Shown: positions 21,879 through 31,927, counted from the stretch's first letter. The stretch is DNA of 64,000 nt from Candidatus Woesearchaeota archaeon (GCA_016188045.1 JACPIM010000006.1:26137-90136); one strand, 5' to 3'. Notes: generated from the sequence alone by a model not told the origin. Numbers and translations: made by a program.

Positions 21879-22458
21879 TTACATATTTTTTTCTTCTTGT
21901 AAAAAACATAATTCCCACTATTATTAATATTAATATTAAAATTCCAACATAAAGTTCAATATAGCTTCTCCCTTGTTGATTGCACTTAATTCTTATTTCT
22001 AAAGGCACAGAAGCAGAAACAGTAGCAGTTGAGCCACTTCCAGCGCTAACTTCAGTTCCGCTTCCAGTAGCTATTACTTCACCTTTATAATTAACTTCAC
22101 CTAGACTACAGGTTTGCTCACACATTATTCCAGCGATTAAACAATCATCTTTGTAGACTTTAGGAATATCAAAGCACAACTTAACAGGAACTGAATTAGT
22201 ATTTGGCGTATTTGCCTTTACAAAAACAGTTTCACTTTCTTTAACTCTTATTACTTCTTGTAATTCTTTAGAAACACCTAATTGAGCATTGATATCTTCA
22301 TCCCAAGGATTATAAATCCCGTAATCCAAGCAAACAGGAGTTTTTTCATCAACATAAGCAGATTCACTAGTCCATTTAATTCCAACCCCTTTCAAAGCAA
22401 AACCACTAGGAACTAATAAAATGAGCAATAAAGAAAAAATAATTATTTTTGATTTCAT
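21871..22458 (-). CDS. membrane-anchored surface protein
   Basis: signal peptide and C-terminal TM with RRKK. Confidence 0.8.
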   Translation of the reverse strand: MKSKIIIFSLLLILLVPSGFALKGVGIKWTSESAYVDEKTPVCLDYGIYNPWDEDINAQLGVSKELQEVIRVKESETVFVKANTPNTNSVPVKLCFDIPKVYKDDCLIAGIMCEQTCSLGEVNYKGEVIATGSGTEVSAGSGSTATVSASVPLEIRIKCNQQGRSYIELYVGILILILIIVGIMFFTRRKKYVNV

Positions 22459-22504
22459 CTTACCTCTTTTTAATAAATTCCTTTTTTTCGTTTCACAATA
22501 TTAT

Positions 22505-22542
22505 TCTTTCCGCGAGCGCCCTTTAAAGAGCTCTAAGAAAGA
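22505..22542 (-). repeat. hairpin element family A
   Basis: TCTTTCTTAGAGCTCTTTAAAGGGCGCTCGCGGAAAGA; relatives at 42197 and 57167 and in introns. Confidence 0.75.
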
Positions 22543-22544
22543 CT

Positions 22545-23111
22545 TTAGCATACATTACCAGTTTGAACTCCCTTAAAACTTATGGTGTTAGTATAAGTAC
22601 CCGCTGCTTGGCTTCCAGGAACACTTAACCAAAATCTATAATAATCAGAATTGCCAGGCACAATGTTTGTGTCTGCACCAAAATAAACTAAATCAATAGC
22701 AATTGCACTAGTTAGTAAAGGATTAGTTATATCGCTATCCCATTTATAACTGGCTAAAGGAATAGTATTTAACCCGCTAGTTAATGGTGCACTTGCCTTT
22801 ACACAAAGATCAACATTAACATTAGAATCACTAGATACAGTAATAAAATAATTGCTTGTTCCAGCTTGATTATTTCCATCAGCATTTACATCTACATCCC
22901 CTGGATTTAAACCGCTCCATTTAATTCCGTCAGTTGTTAATGCATTAGACGCCGCTATTGCAAAATAATTTGCAATTAAAGCACTAGAACCAACTTGAAT
23001 TTCAGTAGCAGAACCAGTCAATTCATTATTTTTGCCAAAAGAAGGATAATATATTAACACTAAAGCAGCCAAAATTATTAATACAACCGCTATTAAATTA
23101 TTGCTATTCAT
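22545..23111 (-). CDS. secreted beta-rich surface protein
   Basis: N-terminal TM; ends FWLSVPGSQAAGTYTNTISFK, like the C-terminus of the next gene. Confidence 0.8.
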   Translation of the reverse strand: MNSNNLIAVVLIILAALVLIYYPSFGKNNELTGSATEIQVGSSALIANYFAIAASNALTTDGIKWSGLNPGDVDVNADGNNQAGTSNYFITVSSDSNVNVDLCVKASAPLTSGLNTIPLASYKWDSDITNPLLTSAIAIDLVYFGADTNIVPGNSDYYRFWLSVPGSQAAGTYTNTISFKGVQTGNVC

Positions 23112-23158
23112 TATTTATTAAAGGCAGTTTTAATTATAAAAACCTTTTGATTTAACTT

Positions 23159-24742
23159 CTAAGGAACTACGCCGGTAGGAACAGCCTTAAAATCTAATAA
23201 ATTAATATAATTCCCAGGAGATTGACTACCAGGAACAGTTAAATAAAATTTCAAATAGATTCTATCTCCATTCACTAAATTATCTCCAATTTTATTATCA
23301 ATGTAATTCAAGGTTATAGGATTTTTAACTCCAGTTAAAACTTTGCTGTCAGTTATAGAAGAGCTAACTTTTTCATTTCCTAAAAAAATAGAATTACTTC
23401 CAGAGATTAAATCACCATTTCCTTTCAAATAAACATCAACATTAGTTCCCTCTGCGTTTACATCTATATAGTACAAGGTATCTCCATCATTCCCAATAGC
23501 ATCAAAATCACTTACAGGTAAAGTTTGAATATTCCACTTAATCCCATTACTAAGTTCATTTGAAATACCAATTCCTAAATTAGAAGAAACACCATAATCT
23601 ATTACACATCTGATTTTATCGACATAAATAAAGTCTGAATTTGATTTTCCTCCATTGTTAACAGTAATAAACAAAGTATTTATATCATTAACAGTTAATC
23701 CTTTATTTTGTAAATTAGTTAAAGAAATAATATTCTCACTAGCAGATCTTACAATATTGGAACTATCAATTAAGTTGCCTTTTTTTCTATTATAAATTTG
23801 AAATCTGCCATTATTATTAATATTGGCTGAGGTATAATAGTATAGCTCACAAAAAGCATTATTTATTATATTAGCAATTAAGCCAGTATCACTTAATTCA
23901 GATTCCAATTTAGCTCCCTTTTTCATACTTAGATATGAATTATCATCGCTTCTAATTAAGTCAACTTGATTTTGAGTTAATTGCGCGTTATTCAACCTTG
24001 TATTAACATGCACAATAGGCAACAATTCTTCAACTATGTTTGTAGGATCAGCAACAATAACAAACCAATCATCACTTCTACTATTTAATTCAGTAAAAAA
24101 TAAATATTTTGTGCTGGGTAAAGTTTTCTCAGGAGATTTTATCACATAAGTTTTAGAAACTATTCCGTCAGAATTCACATTCCAAATTAGTTTATTAAAC
24201 TTTGAATCATAACTGCTAACTATCCCACCATTTTCATCTACAATTATCCAGTCTTTTTCAAAATAATCAACTAAATTTCCATTGCCATTAAATCCATCAG
24301 CACTAATTGTCATTTCAACATCAGTCAAAGGCGGAGCTTTATGATTGCCACATTTATTGCAATTTAAAATTCTGCTAAAAACAATTTTGCTTTGTACATT
24401 AAAATCGGCTTTTATATAATCATTAATACTGTAATCATAAACCATAACATAATAATCTCCATTCCAGTTTAAAGGTATATCATATCTTACCCTAACAGCA
24501 TTATGACAAATAACATTTTTACAGTTTCTAAGAACAATTGTGTCTTGTAAAACATTTTCACTATTATAGACATAAATATATTTGTAAATCCCATTTTTAT
24601 CGGGATTTAGAAATAAAGTTAAAACCTCACCAGCATTATACTGGCTGCTTGGCTCGAAATTAACTTGTGCCATTCCAAATACATAGATAACATTAATAAA
24701 CAAAATAAAAATTACAAGAAAAAATATTTTTCTAGCATTCAT
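23159..24742 (-). CDS. large secreted surface protein
   Basis: signal peptide; C-terminal FYLTVPGSQSPGNYINLLDFK. Confidence 0.8.
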   Translation of the reverse strand: MNARKIFFLVIFILFINVIYVFGMAQVNFEPSSQYNAGEVLTLFLNPDKNGIYKYIYVYNSENVLQDTIVLRNCKNVICHNAVRVRYDIPLNWNGDYYVMVYDYSINDYIKADFNVQSKIVFSRILNCNKCGNHKAPPLTDVEMTISADGFNGNGNLVDYFEKDWIIVDENGGIVSSYDSKFNKLIWNVNSDGIVSKTYVIKSPEKTLPSTKYLFFTELNSRSDDWFVIVADPTNIVEELLPIVHVNTRLNNAQLTQNQVDLIRSDDNSYLSMKKGAKLESELSDTGLIANIINNAFCELYYYTSANINNNGRFQIYNRKKGNLIDSSNIVRSASENIISLTNLQNKGLTVNDINTLFITVNNGGKSNSDFIYVDKIRCVIDYGVSSNLGIGISNELSNGIKWNIQTLPVSDFDAIGNDGDTLYYIDVNAEGTNVDVYLKGNGDLISGSNSIFLGNEKVSSSITDSKVLTGVKNPITLNYIDNKIGDNLVNGDRIYLKFYLTVPGSQSPGNYINLLDFKAVPTGVVP

Positions 24743-25175
24743 TTAACTTATACCCCCCTAGATTAGAATCACATATGTATTGCTTATTATTCATATTAAA
24801 TTTTGGTAATATCACAACCTTGTCTAGTTTTCCCATGAACTCTTCATAAGGCAGGTTAATTTCCTTAGTTCCAAAACCACCCAGTAAAGTTAATGGTACA
24901 CTAGGAATATCATAAACTTCATTCCCATATATTTTAAACAAAAAGCCATTATTTACATCAATATTCCCATTATTTTCTATCTTAATAATGATTTTTTCTT
25001 TATTATAACAAGCGCTTTTTACATCTATCTTTACTTCATCACACGGATTTTCTCCAAGATTAGAAACATATTTTTTAACATCAAAAGCAAAAAATACAAT
25101 AACAAATAAAACTACAATAATTAAAATTACTAAAACTGCTCCAACAAGTTCACTAATACCCCTTTTTTGCATCAA
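24732..25175 (-). CDS. archaeal type IV pilin-like protein
   Basis: class III signal peptide KRG|ISELVGAVLVILII. Confidence 0.8.
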   Translation of the reverse strand: MMQKRGISELVGAVLVILIIVVLFVIVFFAFDVKKYVSNLGENPCDEVKIDVKSACYNKEKIIIKIENNGNIDVNNGFLFKIYGNEVYDIPSVPLTLLGGFGTKEINLPYEEFMGKLDKVVILPKFNMNNKQYICDSNLGGYKLNEC

Positions 25176-25207
25176 TTATAAAAGCAGTTCAAGATATAAA
25201 TAATTTG

Positions 25208-25909
25208 CTAATAGCTCCCGTGCCTATCAGTTATACTTACAACTTTCAATCGATTATAATTATAATTCATAACTGCCAACATATTACTTGTTCTGCCGGC
25301 ATTCCTTATTGTTGTACCAAGATCCATGTCTATGGCACTAATAGTATAACCACTATGCTCTTTAATTGGAAACAAAGCATAAGCTTCCCATCCAATAAGA
25401 TCTTTAGGTACTTGTCCTTTAAATAATATTTTTTTTGGTATTACTAAATAAACACCATAAGAAACTGGACCTTCTGATTGAATAGTAGAGTAAACCTGAT
25501 TATACACATTAGGTAAACTTAATCTTATGTCATCTCCCCCACCATCTTTCAAATCATGATCATATTCTACTATAAATCCATTAACAACCACATTGGTTCT
25601 TCCGCTACCTTCGATAGTAGTCCATTCAGAATCGGTGCTTGTTTGATCAACTAATTCATCTACATTATCAACATCATCCCATTCAACAACTCTTTGAGGA
25701 TATGGGCTATTTCCAGTAGGTAATGGTTCATCAGGAACATAAGGAGGATAATTAGGCACATAAAAGCCAGGAACAGGTTGATCTCCAGTAATAAGTTGCT
25801 CAATCGCTCTTTCTATCCCGCTGCTTGTACAAGAAGAGCCAAAAAGACCGACACCTATTCCGCTAGCAATTGCTAGTCTTCTTAATAATCCAAGTTTTTT
25901 GGTTCTCAT
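25208..25909 (-). CDS. putative lipoprotein
   Basis: basic N-terminus, hydrophobic stretch, SSC lipobox-like. Confidence 0.65.
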   Translation of the reverse strand: MRTKKLGLLRRLAIASGIGVGLFGSSCTSSGIERAIEQLITGDQPVPGFYVPNYPPYVPDEPLPTGNSPYPQRVVEWDDVDNVDELVDQTSTDSEWTTIEGSGRTNVVVNGFIVEYDHDLKDGGGDDIRLSLPNVYNQVYSTIQSEGPVSYGVYLVIPKKILFKGQVPKDLIGWEAYALFPIKEHSGYTISAIDMDLGTTIRNAGRTSNMLAVMNYNYNRLKVVSITDRHGSY

Positions 25910-26007
25910 ACTAATTTAAGATTAAGATAGATTATATAAATTATTTGTTATCACCTAACTAAATAAAAACAATATCATTTATAAACTTATGAACTAAAAA
26001 TTTAGTT

Positions 26008-26358
26008 ATGAAAACTATAATCTTAGACACAGATTTTATCTTAACATCAGTAAAATTTAAGATAGATATAAAAGAACAATTAAAACAATTATGTGACTTT
26101 AATTTCAATATTTCCTATTTGGATAAGACTTTAGATGAGCTAAAAAACAAGCCAAATGAAAATCTAGCAAAAACCTTGATTTCTAACTTCAATATAATAA
26201 AAACAACCAGAGACAAGTCAGTAGATGAATTAATCTTAGATATTTCAAACAGCAACACCATAATTGCCACCCAGGATAAAGAGCTAAAAGAAAAGCTTAA
26301 AAAGGGTAAAATTGCAGTCATTACTATTAGACAAAAAAAATATCTTGTTTTTGCATGA
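26008..26358 (+). CDS. PIN domain protein (Fcf1/Utp24-like)
   Basis: IILDTDF..ATQDKELK..IRQKKYL; usual position before rpoE1. Confidence 0.85.
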   Translation: MKTIILDTDFILTSVKFKIDIKEQLKQLCDFNFNISYLDKTLDELKNKPNENLAKTLISNFNIIKTTRDKSVDELILDISNSNTIIATQDKELKEKLKKGKIAVITIRQKKYLVFA

Positions 26359-26368
26359 GGCATAGAAA

Positions 26369-26941
26369 ATGTTTTATGAAGTTGAAGTTAGGAGCCACAT
26401 TCGTGTTCCACCATCTAAATTTAAGAATGATATTAAAACTTCAATATTAGAAAGCCTAAACAACCAGTTCTCAAATTTTATATCAAAGGATTTGGGTCTT
26501 GTTGTAAGTGTTTCAGAAGTTATTTCAATAGGTGATGGGGTTTTAATACCTGGAGATGGAGCAGCTTATTACGACACAGTATTCAAATTAATTGTTTTTA
26601 AGCCGGAAATTCAAGAAGTAATTAACGGAACAATAACAGAGATAGCAGAATTTGGGGCCTTTATTGATATAGGACCAATAGATGGCATGATTCATATTTC
26701 ACAAACAATGGACGATTTTGTCTCATATAGCAAGGCAGGAGTTTTAACAGGAAAAGAAACAAAAAAGGTTCTAAAAGTAGGGGATAAATGCCGGGCTCGT
26801 ATTATTGCGGTCTCTTACAAAGAACTATTAAACCCAAAAATAGGATTAACAATGAGGCAGCCCTGGCTTGGGAATATTAATTGGATAGACGAGGATATTA
26901 AAAAACAGAAAAAAGAAGAAAAAGAAGAGAAGGAGAAATAA
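26369..26941 (+). CDS. rpoE1: RNA polymerase subunit E' (Rpo7)
   Basis: PGDGAAY, S1 domain, KIGLTMRQPWLG. Confidence 0.95.
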   Translation: MFYEVEVRSHIRVPPSKFKNDIKTSILESLNNQFSNFISKDLGLVVSVSEVISIGDGVLIPGDGAAYYDTVFKLIVFKPEIQEVINGTITEIAEFGAFIDIGPIDGMIHISQTMDDFVSYSKAGVLTGKETKKVLKVGDKCRARIIAVSYKELLNPKIGLTMRQPWLGNINWIDEDIKKQKKEEKEEKEK

Positions 26942-26974
26942 AAAATAATTATCATTGGAGGTATCAGAATAGCG

Positions 26975-27057
26975 GTGGGTTGATAAGAATCCAAATAAAA
27001 TGGAATTAGTGGGTTGATAAGGGTTTACCCTTATAACCGTAGGTGTCTATATGGCAA
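26975..27057 (+). repeat. structured intergenic spacer (13-nt direct repeat, hairpin, conserved leader)
   Basis: GTGGGTTGATAAG twice; ATAAGGG-TTTA-CCCTTAT; AACCGTAGGTGTCTATATGGCAA. Confidence 0.7.
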
Positions 27058-27239
27058 CAAAAAAAGTTTGCAAAAAATGTAAGTTGTTTGTTACAGGTCC
27101 ACAATGCCCAATTTGTCACGGTAATGAATTTACAGATAATTGGAAAGGAAAGCTAGTTATACTAGACCCAACCAAATCAGAGATAGCTAAAAAAATAGGT
27201 ATAAACGCAAAAGGGGAATATGCTATTAAAGTAAGATAA
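27051..27239 (+). CDS. spt4: transcription elongation factor Spt4 (RpoE'')
   Basis: CKKC..CPIC..W.G..SEIAKKIGI..GEYAIKVR. Confidence 0.95.
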   Translation: MATKKVCKKCKLFVTGPQCPICHGNEFTDNWKGKLVILDPTKSEIAKKIGINAKGEYAIKVR

Positions 27240-27240
27240 A

Positions 27241-27543
27241 ATGTTAAACCTTAAAATATTAAATGAAATTCAAAGAAAATTATTAGAAAGAAAAGAATTA
27301 GAGATTGAAGCAATCTTTGACGGTCCAACTCCTAAGAAACAAGATTTATTAAAAGAAATTGCTTCATTAACAAAATCAAAAGAAAACTTAATTGTTTTAA
27401 AAAGAATAAACCAACTTTATGGCGCTTCAAAGGCAAAAATTTTAGTTTATATTTACGGTTCAGAAGAAGCATTTAAAAAAACAGAGCCAAAGGAGAAAAA
27501 ACCAAAAGAGAAAAAAGAACAACCAAAACAAGAAACTAAATAA
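27241..27543 (+). CDS. rps24e: 30S ribosomal protein S24e
   Basis: LLERKE..PTP..YG..IY; synteny. Confidence 0.85.
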   Translation: MLNLKILNEIQRKLLERKELEIEAIFDGPTPKKQDLLKEIASLTKSKENLIVLKRINQLYGASKAKILVYIYGSEEAFKKTEPKEKKPKEKKEQPKQETK

Positions 27544-27561
27544 AATGTAATTAATGGATTA

Positions 27562-27658
27562 ATAATGGCTTACCATTATAACCAGAGGTAATTTAAAGGT
27601 AGTTCATAAGAACTAAATAAAAGGGAAGTAATAGAAACCGCAGGTGTCTATATGGCAA
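27562..27658 (+). repeat. second structured spacer
   Basis: ATAATGG-CTTA-CCATTAT-AACC; AACCGCAGGTGTCTATATGGCAA is 22/23 identical to 27035-27057. Confidence 0.7.
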
Positions 27659-27837
27659 AGAAAAAAGTTAAAAACAAAAAACCAAGCAAAAAATATTCAA
27701 AATACAGAGTAGAAGGAAATAAATTAATTAGAGGTAAAACTTGCCCCAAATGTGGTGCTTCTTATTTTTTAGCAGAACACAAAAATAGGGTTTACTGCGG
27801 TAATTGTAAGTACACAGAATTTTCTCATAAAAAATAA
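27652..27837 (+). CDS. rps27ae: 30S ribosomal protein S27ae
   Basis: CPKCG..FLAEH..R.YCG.C.YT. Confidence 0.95.
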   Translation: MAKKKVKNKKPSKKYSKYRVEGNKLIRGKTCPKCGASYFLAEHKNRVYCGNCKYTEFSHKK

Positions 27838-27840
27838 TTA

Positions 27841-28044
27841 TTAAAAAATCTTCTTGTAAAAAATATAAATTCCAATAATTACCAGAATTAAACTTAAAAT
27901 AGGAAAAGTCCCATATCCAAAAATCATATTCTTGCTGGTATAAGCAGTATAGCTTGGTTCAATAAAAATCAGCAAAGTTGCAAATAACAAAATAAATATA
28001 GATAAGATAATGTGCTCGTTCCTCCTGCTGTACTTATTTGCCAC
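27841..28044 (-). CDS. small two-TM membrane protein
   Basis: two hydrophobic segments. Confidence 0.6.
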   Translation of the reverse strand: MANKYSRRNEHIILSIFILLFATLLIFIEPSYTAYTSKNMIFGYGTFPILSLILVIIGIYIFYKKIF

Positions 28045-28087
28045 AAAAATATCTATTATTTACAAGTTTATATTGTTTTGCATCTAT

Positions 28088-28306
28088 CTAATAAAACCTA
28101 TAGTTTTCTTCACCTATATCTACTAAATTGGCTGCCTTTAGGTATTCTTCAAAATTTTTCTTAATAATAATATCATCCTTAACTAAATCTCCGCAATAGC
28201 CACAGTAAAAATACGCCCTATTTTCCTCCGCGTTTAGAACAATCTTTGTCTCTTTATGGCACTTTTCACAATCGATTATTATAATATTGTTTTCTTTTCT
28301 TATCAT
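28088..28306 (-). CDS. small zinc-ribbon protein
   Basis: CEKC..CGYC. Confidence 0.65.
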   Translation of the reverse strand: MIRKENNIIIIDCEKCHKETKIVLNAEENRAYFYCGYCGDLVKDDIIIKKNFEEYLKAANLVDIGEENYRFY

Positions 28307-28616
28307 AAACCCACCACAAAATACAAGGTTTCTATAAAAAGTAATCAGAACTAATTATTGCATACAATTATCTCTCGTTAATCTTAGTCTATTATCTAGA
28401 TTAATAAACCTTGTTTATATAAAATATATAGAATTAAACCCTGGGGAGCTAAATCCGAAGACAAGCTCCCTGGGAAAAAAGAGGTGATAAGACTTTATAA
28501 CTTATGAACTTATATATAAATTTTTCTATAGAAACTACTTTAAAATGATAACAAAACAAAGATATTTAGAATATAGACATAATTAACCAAATATCGCAAA
28601 AGTAGAGATAACTAAA

Positions 28617-29942
28617 CTACACAATCTTTACTTTCTGCCCATCATTTAAGATATGTATCTTGTCTTCTCTATATCCAAGTTCTAACCACAATTCCTTGGC
28701 CGGGCTTGTAACATTTCTCCCGCCATGCGCAGGTATCAAATGCTCTGGTCTTATTAATTTAATTAATTCTCTTCCATCTTCCTTAAAACCATGTCCAGAA
28801 ACGTGGATATCTAAAAACAACCGGCATCCAAGTTTATTCAATTTTTCCTCTAATTTTTTCCTGTTTTTAATGTTTTCTTCAGTCGGTATGGTCTTGCAAG
28901 AAAAAATAACAAAATCATCTTTTTTAAACTTAAAATGAAAAACATCATTTGCAATTTTAGTTAATGTGCTTCCAGGTTCAGCTTGATTTCCAGTACATAC
29001 TATTAAATATCTGCTGGCACCTTCCCTATCAATTTGTTTTAATTTTTTTCTTATTTTCTGGGCATAAGCAACAATTTCAACTTTTTTAGAAAAATTTATT
29101 ATTCCAACATCTTCAGCAGCCCTTACATATCTATTTAAGCTTCTTCCTAAAAAAACAACCTTTCTCCCCAATTTATTTCCAAATTCAACTATGCTCTTCA
29201 ATCTTGCAATATGAGAAGAAAAAGTAGTAACAACTATAGCTTTTCCTTTATTATCCGTCTCCAATAAAACTTCTCTTAGCATTTCTCTTGCAACTTTTTC
29301 ACTTGGAGTTTTTGAATTTTCTTTAGAATACAAACTGTCTAAGAAAAGAACTTTTACATCTTCTAGTTTTCCAATTGTTTCATAATTAGGTTTATTTCCC
29401 AAAACAGGAGTATTATCTAATTTAAAATCCAAAGAATAAGCAACCTTACCATATTTTGTATGTAAAACAGATAAAGCTGTTTGCGGTATGGAATGAGTCA
29501 TATTAAAAAATTCAATTTTCAAATCTTTGCTGATTTTTAAGCTATTTCCAACATTCAATGATTTAAATTTATTATGTAATTTTTTCCCTTTATCTTTAAT
29601 AATAGAATCCAAAACCCTCATAGTATATGGTGTCCCTATTATTTTCGCGTTCTTGTATTTTTTAGCCAAGTGAACTACAGCACCAATATGATCAAGATGT
29701 CCATGTCCCAAAATAATTGCTTTTACTTTATCCCTATCATGATATAAAACAGAATCATCAGGTATTGCCTTTATTCTTCTCAAGTCCTCTTCAGAAAGTT
29801 TTTCTTGCTCGCTGTCTTCATAACCAACAATTGCAGGCAAATATAAACCAATATCAAATATGACTATTTCATCATCAACTTTAATAGCAGTCATATTCCT
29901 TCCAACTTCATTATAACCGCCAATAGCAATAACTTCAATCAT
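28617..29942 (-). CDS. rnj: beta-CASP ribonuclease J
   Basis: GGYNEVGRNM, HGHLDHIG, HSIP, HVSGH, PAHG. Confidence 0.93.
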   Translation of the reverse strand: MIEVIAIGGYNEVGRNMTAIKVDDEIVIFDIGLYLPAIVGYEDSEQEKLSEEDLRRIKAIPDDSVLYHDRDKVKAIILGHGHLDHIGAVVHLAKKYKNAKIIGTPYTMRVLDSIIKDKGKKLHNKFKSLNVGNSLKISKDLKIEFFNMTHSIPQTALSVLHTKYGKVAYSLDFKLDNTPVLGNKPNYETIGKLEDVKVLFLDSLYSKENSKTPSEKVAREMLREVLLETDNKGKAIVVTTFSSHIARLKSIVEFGNKLGRKVVFLGRSLNRYVRAAEDVGIINFSKKVEIVAYAQKIRKKLKQIDREGASRYLIVCTGNQAEPGSTLTKIANDVFHFKFKKDDFVIFSCKTIPTEENIKNRKKLEEKLNKLGCRLFLDIHVSGHGFKEDGRELIKLIRPEHLIPAHGGRNVTSPAKELWLELGYREDKIHILNDGQKVKIV

Positions 29943-30040
29943 GATAAAAATAGATAATTATATTCTTATAAAACTATCTTTTTATTAATTATTACTTAGT
30001 TACCTATATCTTTTTAAATTATTATTAACTCATACTAAGT

Positions 30041-30331
30041 ATGGTACACTTAGAAACATTAGAAAGGATGAGGAAACATTTCAGAGAAAATCTTGAAGAA
30101 TATGTAAAAAATCATTCAGGACAATTTGTACTTATTGAGGGTTGTTCATTAAACCAACTAACCGTAACTTTCTATAGAACACAAGAAGAATTAAGAGTAG
30201 CAACAAAAAAATATGAGGGTCTTTATGGACCAACATTTTTAGTAGAGCAAATCCCAACCCAAATAAAAACTAAAACTAGGGAAGAAGAATTTCTTGAAAG
30301 ATTAATTGAGCTTACTGGACTTAGCCTATAG
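30041..30331 (+). CDS. hypothetical protein (DUF5678-like)
   Basis: F.ENL..YV..H.GQFVLI pattern. Confidence 0.55.
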   Translation: MVHLETLERMRKHFRENLEEYVKNHSGQFVLIEGCSLNQLTVTFYRTQEELRVATKKYEGLYGPTFLVEQIPTQIKTKTREEEFLERLIELTGLSL

Positions 30332-30342
30332 TAAATAAATAA

Positions 30343-30627
30343 CTAAATAAAATTTTTTTTGCTAATTTCAATTATATATCTGGCTTTTTTTTTGGGTATA
30401 GCAATCATAAAGGGTTTTAAATTTACTCTTTCATCCACAATTTCTTTTTTTTCATTTAACCAATATACATCAATAGGATAAAAAACAAAAAACATATGTA
30501 TCATAGCACCAATTCTTGTTTCTTTACATAAATCAAATATTAGGTTTCTTTTTTTAGAAAACATTAATCCTCTGAATTTTTTAAAAAAACCAGTGCACTC
30601 TTCCAAATTTTTAAAAGAAATGTTCAT
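30343..30627 (-). CDS. DUF192 family protein
   Basis: RGLMF..IHMFFVFYPIDV..ARYIIE. Confidence 0.85.
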   Translation of the reverse strand: MNISFKNLEECTGFFKKFRGLMFSKKRNLIFDLCKETRIGAMIHMFFVFYPIDVYWLNEKKEIVDERVNLKPFMIAIPKKKARYIIEISKKNFI

Positions 30628-30630
30628 TTT

Positions 30631-30885
30631 TTAGAACCTATATTTATGACCAAAAACTATTTTTTCCAAGTATAATTCATTTAAATTTTCATCATAAGAA
30701 TAAATAATCCTTAATGTTCCAATCCAAAGTCTACAGCTTCCAGATAAATCATAATGAAGATACTTATATCTTATTGGATTTTTAGCAACCTCTTCAACTT
30801 TTTTCTTAATCCTTTCTTGTATGAATAGATCTAGCTTCTTGAAATCTTTTTCAAACTCTTTAGTAGGTAGAATTTTATAGGGCAT
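30631..30885 (-). CDS. RelE/ParE family toxin
   Basis: MPYKILPTKEFEKDFKKL..RLWIGTLRIIY. Confidence 0.85.
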   Translation of the reverse strand: MPYKILPTKEFEKDFKKLDLFIQERIKKKVEEVAKNPIRYKYLHYDLSGSCRLWIGTLRIIYSYDENLNELYLEKIVFGHKYRF

Positions 30886-31051
30886 TCCAATCAGCAAATT
30901 CCCTGTTTTTTACTTGTTCCTTTGCTTTCTTATAAGAAGCCATAAATTCCTTATCGCCCATAAGTTCTATAGATTCAACTATGGCATCAAATTCTTCCTT
31001 AACCCTAACTAAATCAGATATAGCCTTCTTATTGATTAATACAGTTTCCAT
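30875..31051 (-). CDS. putative antitoxin (58 aa, not in the ORF track)
   Basis: METVLINKKAISDLVRVKEEFDAIVESIELMGDKEFMASYKKAKEQVKNREFADWNAL; overlaps the toxin start. Confidence 0.75.
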   Translation of the reverse strand: METVLINKKAISDLVRVKEEFDAIVESIELMGDKEFMASYKKAKEQVKNREFADWNAL

Positions 31052-31086
31052 ATAAAATTAATTTAGTTAAAATACCTTTATATAAT

Positions 31087-31719
31087 TTACGTTATATTTT
31101 TAACTCTTATCACAGCATATTCCTCATTACTTGCAGGCCTTTCAGTACTTTTCAAATTAGTTACTTCTAAATTATCAAATGTTTTCGATTCTCCCTTATG
31201 TATCCTTAATGAATCAGATTTAGACTTGGTAGAAACATCAACTAAAATACTATTAAAATCATCTGAATATACCTCTCTTAAAGTTACTTTTTTACCTAAG
31301 ATCTCTTTAGTTTCACCAAACCAGAACAAATACTCATTTTCCTTAAGCTCTATTTTGCTCCACTCTAATTCAACAATGCTTCCCGCATCATAATCAATAT
31401 CAATTTTGTTAGCCCATAATTCATAATTTCCTACCCTTATTGGTTTTTTAGTGCCAAAAATAGATTTCACAAAACCATCAAATTCAACTTCAATTTCAGA
31501 ATCAATGCCTATTTTTTTAATTGTAGCTTCTTTTCCGCCAATATTTAAAACATCGCCTTCCTGATAAATATTTGTTTTAATCTCTTGGTTATCAGAAGTT
31601 TCCTCTCTATCTGAAATCTTGGAATCTTCAAAATTAACTTTCCTCAAATCATTATTCTGCACAGTGCAACCAGCCAAGAGTATTAGGGTTAATATTAATA
31701 TTAAAATTTTGTTTTTCAT
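31087..31719 (-). CDS. lipoprotein
   Basis: LLAGC lipobox. Confidence 0.8.
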   Translation of the reverse strand: MKNKILILILTLILLAGCTVQNNDLRKVNFEDSKISDREETSDNQEIKTNIYQEGDVLNIGGKEATIKKIGIDSEIEVEFDGFVKSIFGTKKPIRVGNYELWANKIDIDYDAGSIVELEWSKIELKENEYLFWFGETKEILGKKVTLREVYSDDFNSILVDVSTKSKSDSLRIHKGESKTFDNLEVTNLKSTERPASNEEYAVIRVKNIT

Positions 31720-31771
31720 ATATATTTTATCTATAAGAAAAGTATATAAATTTTTAGTTTATTATAAAAAT

Positions 31772-31927
31772 ATGCCAGACCCATATAAAGAGGTATATGA
31801 CGAAGACGAGGATATTTACACAGAAGAAGGCTTAGAAGAGCTAGAGGAAGAAGATGAAATTTCTACTAATGAAGAAGCTTTTATGGAAGGCTATATAAAG
31901 AAAAAGAAGCATAAAAAGAAGAAATAA
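31772..31927 (+). CDS. small acidic protein
   Basis: MPDPYKEVYDEDEDIY..EEAFMEGY, TATA upstream. Confidence 0.65.
   Translation: MPDPYKEVYDEDEDIYTEEGLEELEEEDEISTNEEAFMEGYIKKKKHKKKK

Noticed and set aside
26975-27021. Direct repeats here and at 57278-57326 as mini-CRISPR arrays
   Set aside because: Only two short copies each, with a 33-34 nt period and no cas operon.
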